A stretch of DNA of 64,000 nucleotides from an uncultured Chloroflexia bacterium. Lineage in GTDB: Bacteria; Chloroflexota; Limnocylindria; Limnocylindrales; CSP1-4. This document shows positions 9,626 to 19,574 of the stretch, piece after piece. The position numbers were made by a program, and so were the translations under genes. How positions within the stretch are numbered: the first letter of the stretch is position 1; every line of letters begins with the position of its first letter. The notes under the pieces were generated by a model. It ran no database searches. It saw only the letters and a list, made by a program, of their open reading frames with translations, and was not told the DNA's origin. The stretch spans positions 324,102 through 388,101 of the forward strand of contig CAWIGT010000001.1 of NCBI GenBank assembly GCA_963835845.1, in the 5' to 3' direction.

Positions 9626-11206
9626 CGTTCCGCGGCGGCCCGGATGGTCCACACGTCGAGGACTGCCGGGTGACTGCGGAGCTGGTCCGCGACGATGTCC
9701 GACACTTCGTCGTCGACGGCCAGGAGCATCAAGGCATCCTGGCGCGGGCCCGTCCTGGCGAGCGTCATGGAACTGATGTTGATGTCCGCCTCGCCCAGGA
9801 TGAGCCCGATACGGCCCATCGTCCCGGGCTTGTCCTGGTGACGGGTCAGAACCATGAGCGGCGCGGGGGCGATGTCGAGCCAGCTGTCGTCGATGCGGAC
9901 CAGGCGCGGCTCGCCGTTGGCCACGGTTCCGGCCACTACGGCTCTGCAGGAGTCGCCCTCGACGGTCAGGGTTACCAGCGAGGCGAACGTGCCGGCATCG
10001 CTGGACTTGCGCTCGTTGACCGTGAGTCCGCGGTTGCGGGCCAGGAAACCGGCGTTGATGAGGTTGACGCGCTCGCTGGTAGCATCCTCGAGAACACCGC
10101 GAAGTGCCGCGGCAGTGAGCTGGGAAGCGTCGCAGCTGGCCAGGTCGCCGGCCACGTCGATGGTCAGCGTCTTGACGCCGCCGCGTACGTACTGGGCCGC
10201 GAACCGGCCGAGGATCTCGGTGAGCGGCAGGTAAGGCGCGATCGCCCGGGCCGTTTCCGGCGTCAGCAGCGGCGCATTGACCGCGTACCGGGCAGATCGT
10301 CCGGCCAACACGTCGATCACCTGCTCGCAGGCTTCCTCGGCCACGCGAACCTGCGCCTCGGCCGTGGAGGCGCCGAGATGCGGCGTCATCACGGTGTTCG
10401 GCGCGGTCATGAGCGGCGAGTCGACCGGCGGTTCCTTCTCGTAGACGTCGAAGGCTGCGCCGGCGATCTTGCCGTCCACAAGGGCCTGAGCCACGGCCGC
10501 TTCGTCGTACACGCCGCCGCGAGCGACGTTGACGAGCATGACGCCCGGCTTGAGCTTGCCGACGTTGTCGGCGTTGATGACGCCGCGGGTGGCCTTGTTC
10601 AACGGGACGTGGACGGTGATCACGTCCGACTTCTCGATGAGCGCGTCCATCTCCACGAGAGTGATGCCGTGGAGGGCGGCCTGCTCGGCAGTGACGAACG
10701 GGTCGTGGCCGATGACGGTCATCTCGAAGGCGCGGGCCCGGTCGGCCACGGCCTGCCCTATCTTGCCCAGGCCCACGATGCCGAGGGTGCGGCCGCGCAG
10801 TTCGACGCCGGTGAAGGCGCTGCGCTTCCACTCACCCTTGCGCATCGAGGCGTCGGCCGCCGCCGTCTTGCGGGCGAGTGCCAGCATCAACGCCATCGTC
10901 TGCTCGGCGGCCGAGACTGTATTCCCGGTCGGGGCGTTGACTACCACGACGCCGGCCCTGGTGGCGGCCTCGAGGTCGACGTTGTCCACGCCCACGCCGG
11001 CCCGCCCGATCACAACCAGTCGAGTGGCGTGAGCCATGATGTCGGCGGTGACCTTGACCTGGCTGCGCACCAGAAGTGCGTCGTACTCGCCGATGATCGC
11101 GGCGAGCTGTTCGGGCGTCGAGCCCGAGCTTCTCGTCGACTTCGTGGTGGGCGCGCAGGATATCCAGGCCCTGCCTGGCAAGTTGCTCGGCTACGAGGAT
11201 CTTCAT
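9622..11206 (-). CDS. serA: D-3-phosphoglycerate dehydrogenase (frameshift near 11120)
   Basis: GRAGVGVDNVD, GLGKIG, NVARGG, TPHLGAST, C-terminal ACT domain; N-terminus MKILVAE in the adjacent frame. Confidence 0.95.
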
Positions 11207-12387
11207 CGAGCGGCTCCTTCGACGACCGCGAGGCCCAGGGCCTCGAGTGCGGCAACCTGGGCGGCCTGGACGGCCGAGCCGGGTGTGACCGTGCGACCCA
11301 GCTCGATCATGGCCTGCTCGAGAACAGCCATGGCGCTCAGGATGTTCGGCACGGTCACGTGGCCGAGATGCCCGATACGGAAGATCTTGCCCTTGAGGGC
11401 GCCCTGCCCGCCGGCCACGACCAGGCCGAGCTTGCGGAGTTTGCCGTTGAAGGCCTTCCACTCGAGATCCTCGGGGATCCAGGCGCCGGTCACGGTGTTG
11501 GAAGCGAATTCCGGATCCGCCAGGAGCTTGAAGCCGAGGGCCGTCAGCCCGGCCCGAACGGCGGCGCCGACCGCCTCGTGGCGCAGGAAGATGGCGTCGA
11601 GGCCCTCCTGCTCCATCAGGTTCAGCGCTACGTCCAGCTGGAACATGATGGCGACGGCGGGCGTCCAGGGCGTCTGCCCCGACTCCGCGCTGGTCTTGTG
11701 GGCGACCAGGTCGAAGTAGAACTTCGGCATCCTGGCGGTCACCGCGGCTTCCCAGGCTCGAGGCGAAACGGCCACGAACGACAAACCGGGGGCGACCATC
11801 CACGCCTTCTGCGATCCGCTGACCACGACGTCGAGGTGCCAGGCGTCGGTCTCGAACGGAACGGCGCCGAGGCCGCTGATGGCGTCGACGACGATCAGCG
11901 CGTCCGGTGCCACGTCCTTCACGGCAAGGGCGAGATCCTTGATCGGGTTGGTCACCGCGGTCGAGGTCTCGTTCTGGGTCATCAGGACGGCCTTCCACGG
12001 GCCACCCGCCTGCAGGGCATCTCGCAGCTTACCGGGCGCCGCGGCCTGGCCCCACTCGAAGGCGAGCCTGGTGACGTCCGCGCCGTAGACGGTGGCGATC
12101 TTCGCGAACCGGTCGCCGAAGGCGCCGATCGTCACGGCCAGGACCTTGTCGCCAGGAGACAGGAAGCTGACGATGGCCGACTCGAGCCCGCCGGTTCCCG
12201 CCGCGGTGACAATGAGAACGTCGTTCTCAGTCCGGTAGAACTTCTTGAGTCGCTCGATGATGCTGTTTTGGAGGGTGGCGAACTCGGGCCCGCGATGATT
12301 GACCATCTGTCTGGCCCCGGCCTCGCGGACGGCGTCCGGGAGCGACGTGGGGCCGGGGATGCGCAGGTTGGGCTCGAAGCGATTCAC
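11203..12387 (-). CDS. Class V PLP aminotransferase (alanine-glyoxylate/serine-pyruvate family), likely phosphoserine aminotransferase
   Basis: LRIPGPT, NETST, VDAIS, SGSQKA, FRIGHLG; ATGA coupling to serA. Confidence 0.9.
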   Translation of the reverse strand: MNRFEPNLRIPGPTSLPDAVREAGARQMVNHRGPEFATLQNSIIERLKKFYRTENDVLIVTAAGTGGLESAIVSFLSPGDKVLAVTIGAFGDRFAKIATVYGADVTRLAFEWGQAAAPGKLRDALQAGGPWKAVLMTQNETSTAVTNPIKDLALAVKDVAPDALIVVDAISGLGAVPFETDAWHLDVVVSGSQKAWMVAPGLSFVAVSPRAWEAAVTARMPKFYFDLVAHKTSAESGQTPWTPAVAIMFQLDVALNLMEQEGLDAIFLRHEAVGAAVRAGLTALGFKLLADPEFASNTVTGAWIPEDLEWKAFNGKLRKLGLVVAGGQGALKGKIFRIGHLGHVTVPNILSAMAVLEQAMIELGRTVTPGSAVQAAQVAALEALGLAVVEGAAR

Positions 12388-12459
12388 TGGTGCCACCTCA
12401 TGCGGGAAGGGATGCCGCGGAATAGTAGCGGCGCCTCGGCCGGCGGGCCAGTGTGGTAT

Positions 12460-12473
12460 ATATGACCGCATAT
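12460..12473. promoter_or_regulatory. Palindromic operator ATATG-N4-CATAT at the antitoxin start
   Basis: Perfect inverted repeat overlapping an AT-rich -10-like element and the start codon of the RHH gene. Confidence 0.5.
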
Positions 12474-12723
12474 GCAGAGACGCACGACGATCCTGATCGA
12501 TTCCGACCTGCTGGAAAGGCTCGACCGGTTTGCTGCCCGCAGCGGCGTCACCAAGACCTCGGTCGTGACGGGCGCCGTCGAGGCCTATCTGGAGGCTCAC
12601 GACACCGCGCCGGACCTGTCATTCCTGGCCGTCGGCCGGAGCGACCATGGCCGGCTTTCCCTGGACGGGCGGTCGATCGCCAACCGCGAAGCCGGCCTGC
12701 GACCCGGCCCGGATGAGGTCTGA
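12472..12723 (+). CDS. vapB: CopG/ribbon-helix-helix antitoxin (VapB-like)
   Basis: MQRRTTILIDSDLLERLDRFAARSGVTKTSVV RHH pattern; 3 bp upstream of a PIN gene. Confidence 0.8.
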   Translation: MQRRTTILIDSDLLERLDRFAARSGVTKTSVVTGAVEAYLEAHDTAPDLSFLAVGRSDHGRLSLDGRSIANREAGLRPGPDEV

Positions 12724-12726
12724 GCC

Positions 12727-13140
12727 ATGGCCGTTCTCCTCGACTCAAGCGCCGTTCTGGCGGCCGCGGATCAGTCGGACCTCAACCACCGCGCCGCCCT
12801 GGCCTGGTTCGGCCGCGTCAACGAGCCGCTCATGATTGGGGCGCTCACACTCGGTGAGCTGGACCTGCTGCTGCAGCGTGAGCTGGGACTGCGGGCGACA
12901 TTCGCTCTGCTGAAGTCGATCGGAAGCGGCGCCATCAAGGTCGTGGCGCCGACCACCACCGACTTGATCCGGGCGACGGAGCTGATGCGCGAGACCACCG
13001 AGTACCGGCCCAGGCTGGCCGACGCGGTGCTCGTCGCCACGGCCGAGCGGCTGGGGGTCACTCGTGTCGCGATCTTCGACCGGCGGCCGATCGCGATCTT
13101 CCGTCCGAAGCACGTCCGGGCGCTGGACCTCGAACCCTGA
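12727..13140 (+). CDS. vapC: PIN-domain toxin (VapC-like)
   Basis: VLLDSSA, GELD, LADAV, IFDRR acidic PIN residues. Confidence 0.88.
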   Translation: MAVLLDSSAVLAAADQSDLNHRAALAWFGRVNEPLMIGALTLGELDLLLQRELGLRATFALLKSIGSGAIKVVAPTTTDLIRATELMRETTEYRPRLADAVLVATAERLGVTRVAIFDRRPIAIFRPKHVRALDLEP

Positions 13141-13192
13141 CCGCGGGTCAGGCAGGTTTGGGGCGGGCCTGTCGACGCACCACTGAGGGCGG

Positions 13193-13498
13193 TCAGGCCC
13201 GCAGCAGGTCCTGGACCGAGATCGGGTGGCCCTCTTCGCTCCGGACCAGCCGCAACGCCGCGCGGCCGCCCTCGGGACGGCCGGCATCGAAGCCGGTGGA
13301 CTCGTCGGAGGGAGCCGTGAGCGGCGACGACTGTCGCGTCAGCATGGCCAGGATGACTTCGAAGGGCTGCGAGGTGCGGTGCTCGACGATTTCGGCGATA
13401 CGGCTGGGGTCGTCGGCCACTCTCCGGATCTTCGCCCGATCCAGGCGCGGCCAGAGCAGCATTGCCCGCTCGAGATAGAAGGACGTGGTGGGCCGCAC
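13193..13498 (-). CDS. Hypothetical protein
   Basis: Helical core (ERAMLLWPRLDRAKIRRVADDPSRIAEIVEHRT); GTG start assumed. Confidence 0.6.
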   Translation of the reverse strand: MRPTTSFYLERAMLLWPRLDRAKIRRVADDPSRIAEIVEHRTSQPFEVILAMLTRQSSPLTAPSDESTGFDAGRPEGGRAALRLVRSEEGHPISVQDLLRA

Positions 13499-13556
13499 CG
13501 GGCGGCCGGTCAGTCTTGGGGTTAACGACCTCACACCTTGCCGAGGTCCCCGAAAC

Positions 13557-13740
13557 GAAGCGTCCGCGCCAACCATGGGCGCGACAGCGTGCGCTCGTGA
13601 CATGGCATTTACCTGTGGCAACCTGGAGACGCAACGGAGTCGTCGGCCCGCCGGCATCAATCTGTAGTGGCGTCGCAAGCGCCATGCCAGACTCGTTGCA
13701 GCTCCTGAATTAGCAGCAGTTCGCGCGCCGCGCGACCTTC
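13557..13740 (-). ncRNA. Candidate 6S-like rod-shaped RNA
   Basis: Long interrupted inverted repeat with central bubble and apical stem; TACCCT -10-like hexamer at 13747-13752 (minus); downstream of rarA. Confidence 0.4.
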
Positions 13741-13928
13741 GTTCGTAGGGTACCTACCGTCCAGCTCGCGGCAGGTCTTCCGGCGACCCTGCAACTCAGG
13801 TGCACAGGCTGAGACGGGTGCGATGCGGTGGCAATACCCCGATCGAGTAGGGCCATCTGCGCCAGCAGCCGCGGCCCCCGAAGTCCTGGCTCGGCCTTGT
13901 TCGAGACCGTCGCCGACCCGCTCGGAGA

Positions 13929-15433
13929 CTACTCCTCGGAGTCGCGGCGCTGCTCGTCGGCGATCTCTCTCAGGCTTTGCTGGCGCCTGCGCATGCCCTC
14001 CGAACCGGTCGCCATCGGGTCCGGCTTCGGTTCGCCGTCCGCTCGCGTCTTGCGCCGTGGCGGCTGCTCCCGGGAGTCTCGCAGGCGCTGCATCCGGTCG
14101 CCGATCTTCGCTTCCGCGCCGAGCTCTCCCGGAAAGTAGTACCGCCGGCCGGCCAGTCGGTCGGGAAGGTATTGCTGCTCGACGTCGTCGCCCTCGAAGT
14201 CGTGCGGATAGCGGTATTTCCGGCGGCCCGCGCCGCTCGACCGCAGATGAGCCGGCACGGGCAGGGAACCGTTGGCGAGCACGTCGGCCATGGCGGCGAA
14301 GTAGCCCCGGCCGACGGCGTTGCTCTTCGTCGTCACCGCCAGCATCACCGTCGCCTGGGCCAGGGCATACTGCGCCTCCGGCAGCCCGACCCAATCGAGT
14401 GCCTGCGCCGCGGCCACGGCCACTTCGAGGGCTCGCGGGTCGGCCAGGCCCACGTCCTCGGACGCGAGGATGATGAGGCGCCGGGCAATGAAGCGGGGAT
14501 CCTCGCCTGCGGCGATCATCGACGCGAGCCAGTACAGGGCCGCGTCGGGATCGTTGCCACGAACGCTCTTGATGAACGCGCTGACGGTGTCGTAGTGGCC
14601 GTCGCCGGCTCGATCGTACGCGAGCGCCCGCTGCTGCGCGGCCGCTTCGACGTCCTCGAGGCGCGGCGCGACATGTCCGTCGGCGTCGCGGATGCCCTCC
14701 GATTCGGCCATCGAGACGGCGCCTTCCAGGACGTTGAGGGCCTGCCGGGCATCGCCCGCGGAAAGACCCACGAGATGATCGAAGGGCTCGTCGGCGAGGA
14801 CGACGCCGCCCTGGGGACCGAATTCGCCGGCCAGCCCGCGCTCGGCGTCGGCGAGCGTTCGGCGGATCACGATGGCGACCTGCTCGTCGGTGAGCGGCTC
14901 GAGCCGATAGACGCGCAGCCTCGAGAGCAGCGCGGAATTGACTTCGAAGTAGGGGTTCTCGGTGGTTGCGCCGACGAGAGTAACGATGCCTTCTTCGACA
15001 TGGGGCAGGAGCGCGTCCTGCTGGGCCTTGTTGAAGCGGTGAATCTCGTCGATGAAGAGAATCGGTCTGCTGGCGGTTGAGAACGAGGCGTTCGCGAGCT
15101 TGCGGCGACGAGCGCGCGAACCTCGGCCACGCCGCTCATCACCGCCGAGATGGTCACGAGCTTCGCACCCGCCCCTTCGGCGAGCACCCGTGCCACGCTC
15201 GTCTTGCCGCTGCCCGGCGGGCCCCACAGAAGCGAAGAGCCAAGATGACCCGCCTCGAGAGCCCGGCGTAGCGTCCCGCGGGGACCGATGAGCTGCTCGT
15301 GACCGACGAATTCGTCGAGCGTGCGGGGGCGCATGCGGGCGGCAAGAGGTTGACGCTCCGGCGGCGGCACGAATGCCGGCTGCTGTCCGCCCGACTCGCC
15401 GCCTATGGCGCTGTTCGCCCGTCGTGTTGCCAT
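13929..15433 (-). CDS. rarA: Replication-associated recombination protein A (frameshift at about 15080-15120)
   Basis: PLAARMRPRTLDEFVG, WGPPGSGKT, LFIDEIHRFNKAQQD, GATTENP, SAFIKSVRG, SEDVGLADP, YRYPH. Confidence 0.93.
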
Positions 15434-15602
15434 GGCTCGATGCTACAGGCTGGGCGGATGCGGGGACAGTGCCCGCCGCAGACGCATGGGTGCGGCAAGT
15501 CAACACAGCCGACCGGCTCGGCGGCTGGGAAGGGGCCTGGGAACGAAAATAGCGCAGCCGGGGCAGGACGGGGCCCCCGGCCGTTCTGTACGATCGGAGC
15601 AC

Positions 15603-17948
15603 ATGCCACTTCCCATCATCCGTCGTGCCACTCGCAATATGTCCGCCCCGGTCGCCAAGGCCGAGCCGGCTTCGAAGAGCGCTCCGTCGGCGCTCGCCGA
15701 AACGGCCGTGGTTCAACTCGTGATCGACGCCATCGACGCGCTCGTGGTCGTGGCGGATCGCCATGGTTGCCTGTGGCTGTGGAATCAGCGCTGCGACGAA
15801 ACGTCCGGCGTCCCCTTGTCCGATATGGCCGGCAAGTCGCTCTGGTCGGTCATGCGGCTGCGGCCCAGCGCCCGGCTGGCGGCCCAACAGGCCTTCGCGC
15901 GGCTGCTTTCCGGCGAGGAGCGCAGCGTGGCGTTGCAGGCGCAATGGTTGCGCAAGGATGGTCGCAAAGCCCGGGTCTCGTGGACGGCGCGCCTCGTTGC
16001 CTGCTCGGCGGGCCGCTGCGTGATCGCGACCGGCAGGGAGACGACGCGGGGTCGCCAGGTCGCCCGCGACATCGCTGAAACCGAGTCTCGCTTCGAGACG
16101 CTCCTGGAGGTGCTCCCGGATCCGGTCGTCGTCCACCAGAACGGGCGCCTGGTTTTCGTCAATCGGGCGGCCATCGAGATGTATGGCGCCGGAAGCGCCG
16201 AGGAGATGTGCGGCCCGCCCGTGATCGAACGCGTGGCACCCGAAGATCGCGCCCTGGTACTCGACCGTATGAATCGCATGCTGACTCAGGGCGAGACGGT
16301 GCCCATGGTCCAGGAGCGTCATCTCAAGCTGGACGGGACCGCCTTCGACGTCGAGGTCGTGGCCGCCCCGGTGACGTTCGATGGCAAACCTGCGGTGGAA
16401 GTCCTGGCCCACGACGTCACCGCCCGGAACCAGACCACTTCAGCCCTCCGCGCCAGTGAAGCTCGGGTGCGCGCCGTCTTCGACCAGTCGTCGCTGGGTA
16501 TGGTGCTCATCGACCGGAACGGGCTCACGCTGGAGAGCAACGCCGCGTTCCACCGATTGCTCGATTACGACCGCGAGGAGATGCGCCAGCTCCGGATTTA
16601 CGACTACACCCACCCCGACGATCGGGCGGCCACTGAGTCGGTCTTCGCAGACTTGTTCGCGGCGCGCAGCGAAGGTTACGAACTCGAGAAGCGCTACCTG
16701 GCTCGAGACGGTCGCGAGATATGGGTTCGGGTACATGTCTCAGCCGTGCGCGACGGCGCCGGCCCGCCCGAACTGGCCGTCGCCACCGTCGAGGACATAA
16801 CCGCCCGCAAGGTTCTGGAGGAGCAGCTCGGCCAGGCATCGAAGATGGAAGCGCTGGGCCGGCTGGCCGGCGGCGTGGCCCACGACTTCAACAACCTGCT
16901 GACGGTCGTCAACGGTTACGCCGACTTGCTGGCGCTGTCGCTCGACGGAGACGAACGAGCCGCCGACGCGATCGAGATTCGCCGCGCCGGAGCCCGCGCC
17001 GCCGAGTTGACGTCGCAGTTGTTGGCCTTTGGCCGCCGCACCAAGCGCGACCTCGAGCCGGTCGACCTGAACGGCCAGATCGACACGATGGCGCCGATGC
17101 TGCGGCGCCTGCTCGGCGAGGACATCGAGTTCAGGATCTTCCTGGATCGCAAGCTCGGAGCGGTCCAGGCGGATCCGAGCCAGCTCGACCAGGTGATCAT
17201 GAACCTGGTCGTGAACGGTCGAGACGCCATGCCGAGCGGCGGGTCGCTGACGGTCACCACGCGGGGCCTGGCGCCGCGGAACGGCGATCGATCCGGGCGT
17301 CCGTGGGCTCGCCTCGAGATCGCCGACTCGGGTTTCGGGATCGAGCCGGAGGTCCTCGAACACATCTTCGAGCCGTTCTTCACGACAAAGAGCCAGGGCA
17401 AAGGAACGGGGCTGGGATTGGCCACCGTCTACGGCATCGTCCAGCAGATGGGCGGTCGGGTGTGGGGCGAATCGACGGTCGGGGTCGGCTCGCGCTTCAT
17501 AGTCGAGTTGCCGCTCAGTGAACTGGCGTCGCCGCTCACCGACAGGGCCAGTGCCGAGCCACGACCCAGTGGCCGTGGCAGCGAGACGGTCCTGCTCGTC
17601 GAGGACGAACCGGCGGTGCGCGATTTCTGCCGGCGGGCGCTCGATGCAGAGGGCTATCGGGTCCACGTCGCCGGCCCGCATGAGGCCCTGGATATGGCCG
17701 AGCAGCTGGGGAGCGCGCTGGATCTCGTGGTCACCGACGTGGTCATGCCGGATCTGGACGGCCCGACAATCGCCGCGGCGCTGCGCTCGCGGAACCGCGA
17801 TCTGAAGGTTCTCTTCATGTCGGGCTATCCGCGAGACCGCGAAGAGGAGTTGACCGGCGCGGTGGCGCAGGGGGCGGTCCTGGCCAAGCCATTCAAGGCG
17901 AACGAGCTATGCGAGGCGGTCCGGCGCGTGATAGACAGGCCGATCTAA
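15603..17948 (+). CDS. Hybrid sensor histidine kinase/response regulator with three PAS domains
   Basis: Three PAS/PAC repeats, AHDFNNLL H-box, [14 protein letters not shown], receiver LLVEDE...TDVVMP...AKPF. Confidence 0.93.
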   Translation: MPLPIIRRATRNMSAPVAKAEPASKSAPSALAETAVVQLVIDAIDALVVVADRHGCLWLWNQRCDETSGVPLSDMAGKSLWSVMRLRPSARLAAQQAFARLLSGEERSVALQAQWLRKDGRKARVSWTARLVACSAGRCVIATGRETTRGRQVARDIAETESRFETLLEVLPDPVVVHQNGRLVFVNRAAIEMYGAGSAEEMCGPPVIERVAPEDRALVLDRMNRMLTQGETVPMVQERHLKLDGTAFDVEVVAAPVTFDGKPAVEVLAHDVTARNQTTSALRASEARVRAVFDQSSLGMVLIDRNGLTLESNAAFHRLLDYDREEMRQLRIYDYTHPDDRAATESVFADLFAARSEGYELEKRYLARDGREIWVRVHVSAVRDGAGPPELAVATVEDITARKVLEEQLGQASKMEALGRLAGGVAHDFNNLLTVVNGYADLLALSLDGDERAADAIEIRRAGARAAELTSQLLAFGRRTKRDLEPVDLNGQIDTMAPMLRRLLGEDIEFRIFLDRKLGAVQADPSQLDQVIMNLVVNGRDAMPSGGSLTVTTRGLAPRNGDRSGRPWARLEIADSGFGIEPEVLEHIFEPFFTTKSQGKGTGLGLATVYGIVQQMGGRVWGESTVGVGSRFIVELPLSELASPLTDRASAEPRPSGRGSETVLLVEDEPAVRDFCRRALDAEGYRVHVAGPHEALDMAEQLGSALDLVVTDVVMPDLDGPTIAAALRSRNRDLKVLFMSGYPRDREEELTGAVAQGAVLAKPFKANELCEAVRRVIDRPI

Positions 17949-18020
17949 GAGGCTCCTCGGCGGACGGAAGTCCACGCGGCGGGTCGGAGCGAGCGGCCGG
18001 TCGCGGCTCGCGGAGAGTTG

Positions 18021-18416
18021 CTAGGTAATCGAGATGGCGTGGACGAAGTCGATTACGAACCACAGGACGGCCATCACTCCGACGATGGCGCCACCGACCA
18101 TGACGATCCGTCGAACGTCCCGGACGACGTAGCCGTACTCCTCGGCCGCGCGGGCCGCCAGCAGACCCTGACCGCCGGCTCGGCCTGGCCGAGTGGCTTC
18201 GCTGGCTCGGACGCGTTCCCGTGTTCTGGCCCGGCCGTCGTCCGCGGCTCGCTCCTGGGCGACGATCTGGGACTCGAGCTCGGCGGCTCGAGCTTCCTCT
18301 GCAGAGGAGAGTGCTCCAGCCGGACGCTCTGCGGGGCGTGACTGGGGTCGAGCGGGACTGTGCCTCTCGGCATGCCGCTGGCCAGGACGGTTCGATCCAC
18401 GAGTGCGCTTGGCCAT
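18021..18416 (-). CDS. Small basic protein with C-terminal TM helix
   Basis: MAKRTRG... with EYGYVVRDVRRI followed by a hydrophobic helix. Confidence 0.7.
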   Translation of the reverse strand: MAKRTRGSNRPGQRHAERHSPARPQSRPAERPAGALSSAEEARAAELESQIVAQERAADDGRARTRERVRASEATRPGRAGGQGLLAARAAEEYGYVVRDVRRIVMVGGAIVGVMAVLWFVIDFVHAISIT

Positions 18417-18614
18417 GTCTTGTGAGAGGCCTCCGTTGGCTCGAAATGGTGGGCCGGCGCGGGGCTGGGCGCCGTCGCTTTTGGTTTCTCGAAGCTTTCG
18501 CTCGCGTCGAGGATAACATTCCGGTCCGCCACTTCGGGCAGGCCTCCGCCAGCTGCCCTGAGCGGGCCTCCGCTCCCGGCTGGTAGACTCCGGGACGATC
18601 AAGCGGAGGTAAGT

Positions 18615-19517
18615 GTGAACTTCTTCACCGACAACGCGGCGGCCATTGCCCTGGTGCTGGCAGGTTTGTGCCTGCTGGGAATCATCATGCTGCAGGTGCG
18701 CGAGGTTGCGCGGCTCAGGCAGCGGATCGACGACCTGACCGGGGGGGTGGACGGCGGCGACCTCGAGTCCGTGCTGGGGCAGCACCTCGAGACCGTTCAC
18801 CAGGTCGGACGCGATCTCGACGAGATCACCGCTCGCATGGCCATCGTCGAGAGTTCGGCGCGCCACCATTTCTCGCGTGAAGGTCTCATACGTTTCAACC
18901 CATTTCCGGATACCGGCGGCAACCAGAGCTTCGCCCTGGCCCTCCTCGACGAGTCCGACGACGGCGTCGTGGTAAGCAGTCTCCATTCACGCACGGGTAC
19001 TCGCATCTACGCGAAGGCCGTGCTCGGCGGGAAGGCGGACACGTCCCTGTCGAGCGAGGAGCAGGAAGCCATCGACGAAGCCCGGGCCAAGCGCACGGCG
19101 CGACCGGCGACTCCGCCACGATCGGCGGCGGCGAGCCGACCCACCCCGGTCGGGGCCGAGCGCCCATCCGAAGAGGCGGTCGGGCCCAGGTCCGCCGCGG
19201 CCGCGGCCCCGACCGCTGCCAGGCCGGCACCCTCGATTGCCGCTCGTTCGGCGCGACCCGCGCCCGTGGAGCCTCCGCCGGCTCCGGTTCCGTTCGACGA
19301 CCAATCGGAACGAGTGGTAGTTGCCCCGACCGCCAAGGCTCCCCAGCCTGCTCCGGCCGAAATGGCCGAGGAGATGACCTCTCGTCCGTCCAGCCAGAGG
19401 ACGAAGGGCCAAACGAAGCCGACGGACCTTCTGGAGCCGGACATCGCCGCCGCGGCCGACTCGGAGAGAGTCGAGCGCAAGCCCGGGCAGTCGGCCCCTC
19501 GACCCGGATCACGGTAG
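18615..19517 (+). CDS. DUF4446 family protein with Pro/Ala-rich tail
   Basis: N-terminal TM, RFNPFPDTGGNQSFALALLD...SSLHSR...YAK...LSSEE; GGAGG SD. Confidence 0.85.
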   Translation: MNFFTDNAAAIALVLAGLCLLGIIMLQVREVARLRQRIDDLTGGVDGGDLESVLGQHLETVHQVGRDLDEITARMAIVESSARHHFSREGLIRFNPFPDTGGNQSFALALLDESDDGVVVSSLHSRTGTRIYAKAVLGGKADTSLSSEEQEAIDEARAKRTARPATPPRSAAASRPTPVGAERPSEEAVGPRSAAAAAPTAARPAPSIAARSARPAPVEPPPAPVPFDDQSERVVVAPTAKAPQPAPAEMAEEMTSRPSSQRTKGQTKPTDLLEPDIAAAADSERVERKPGQSAPRPGSR

Positions 19518-19574
19518 CCCGACAACCAGAACCGTGACACGTGAGATGTCACTGTCCTCGTCGAGTCTTTTCGG

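Noticed and set aside
9670-12465. Very long antisense or alternative-frame ORFs (e.g. 9670-12465 +, 19509-21941 -, 37827-40217 -)
   Set aside because: Shadow ORFs of real genes caused by high GC3; Arg/Gly/Ala-rich with no motifs
13765-13795. SRP RNA (CCGGAAG on the minus strand)
   Set aside because: The conserved CAGG...GGAA...AGCAG domain IV loop is absent
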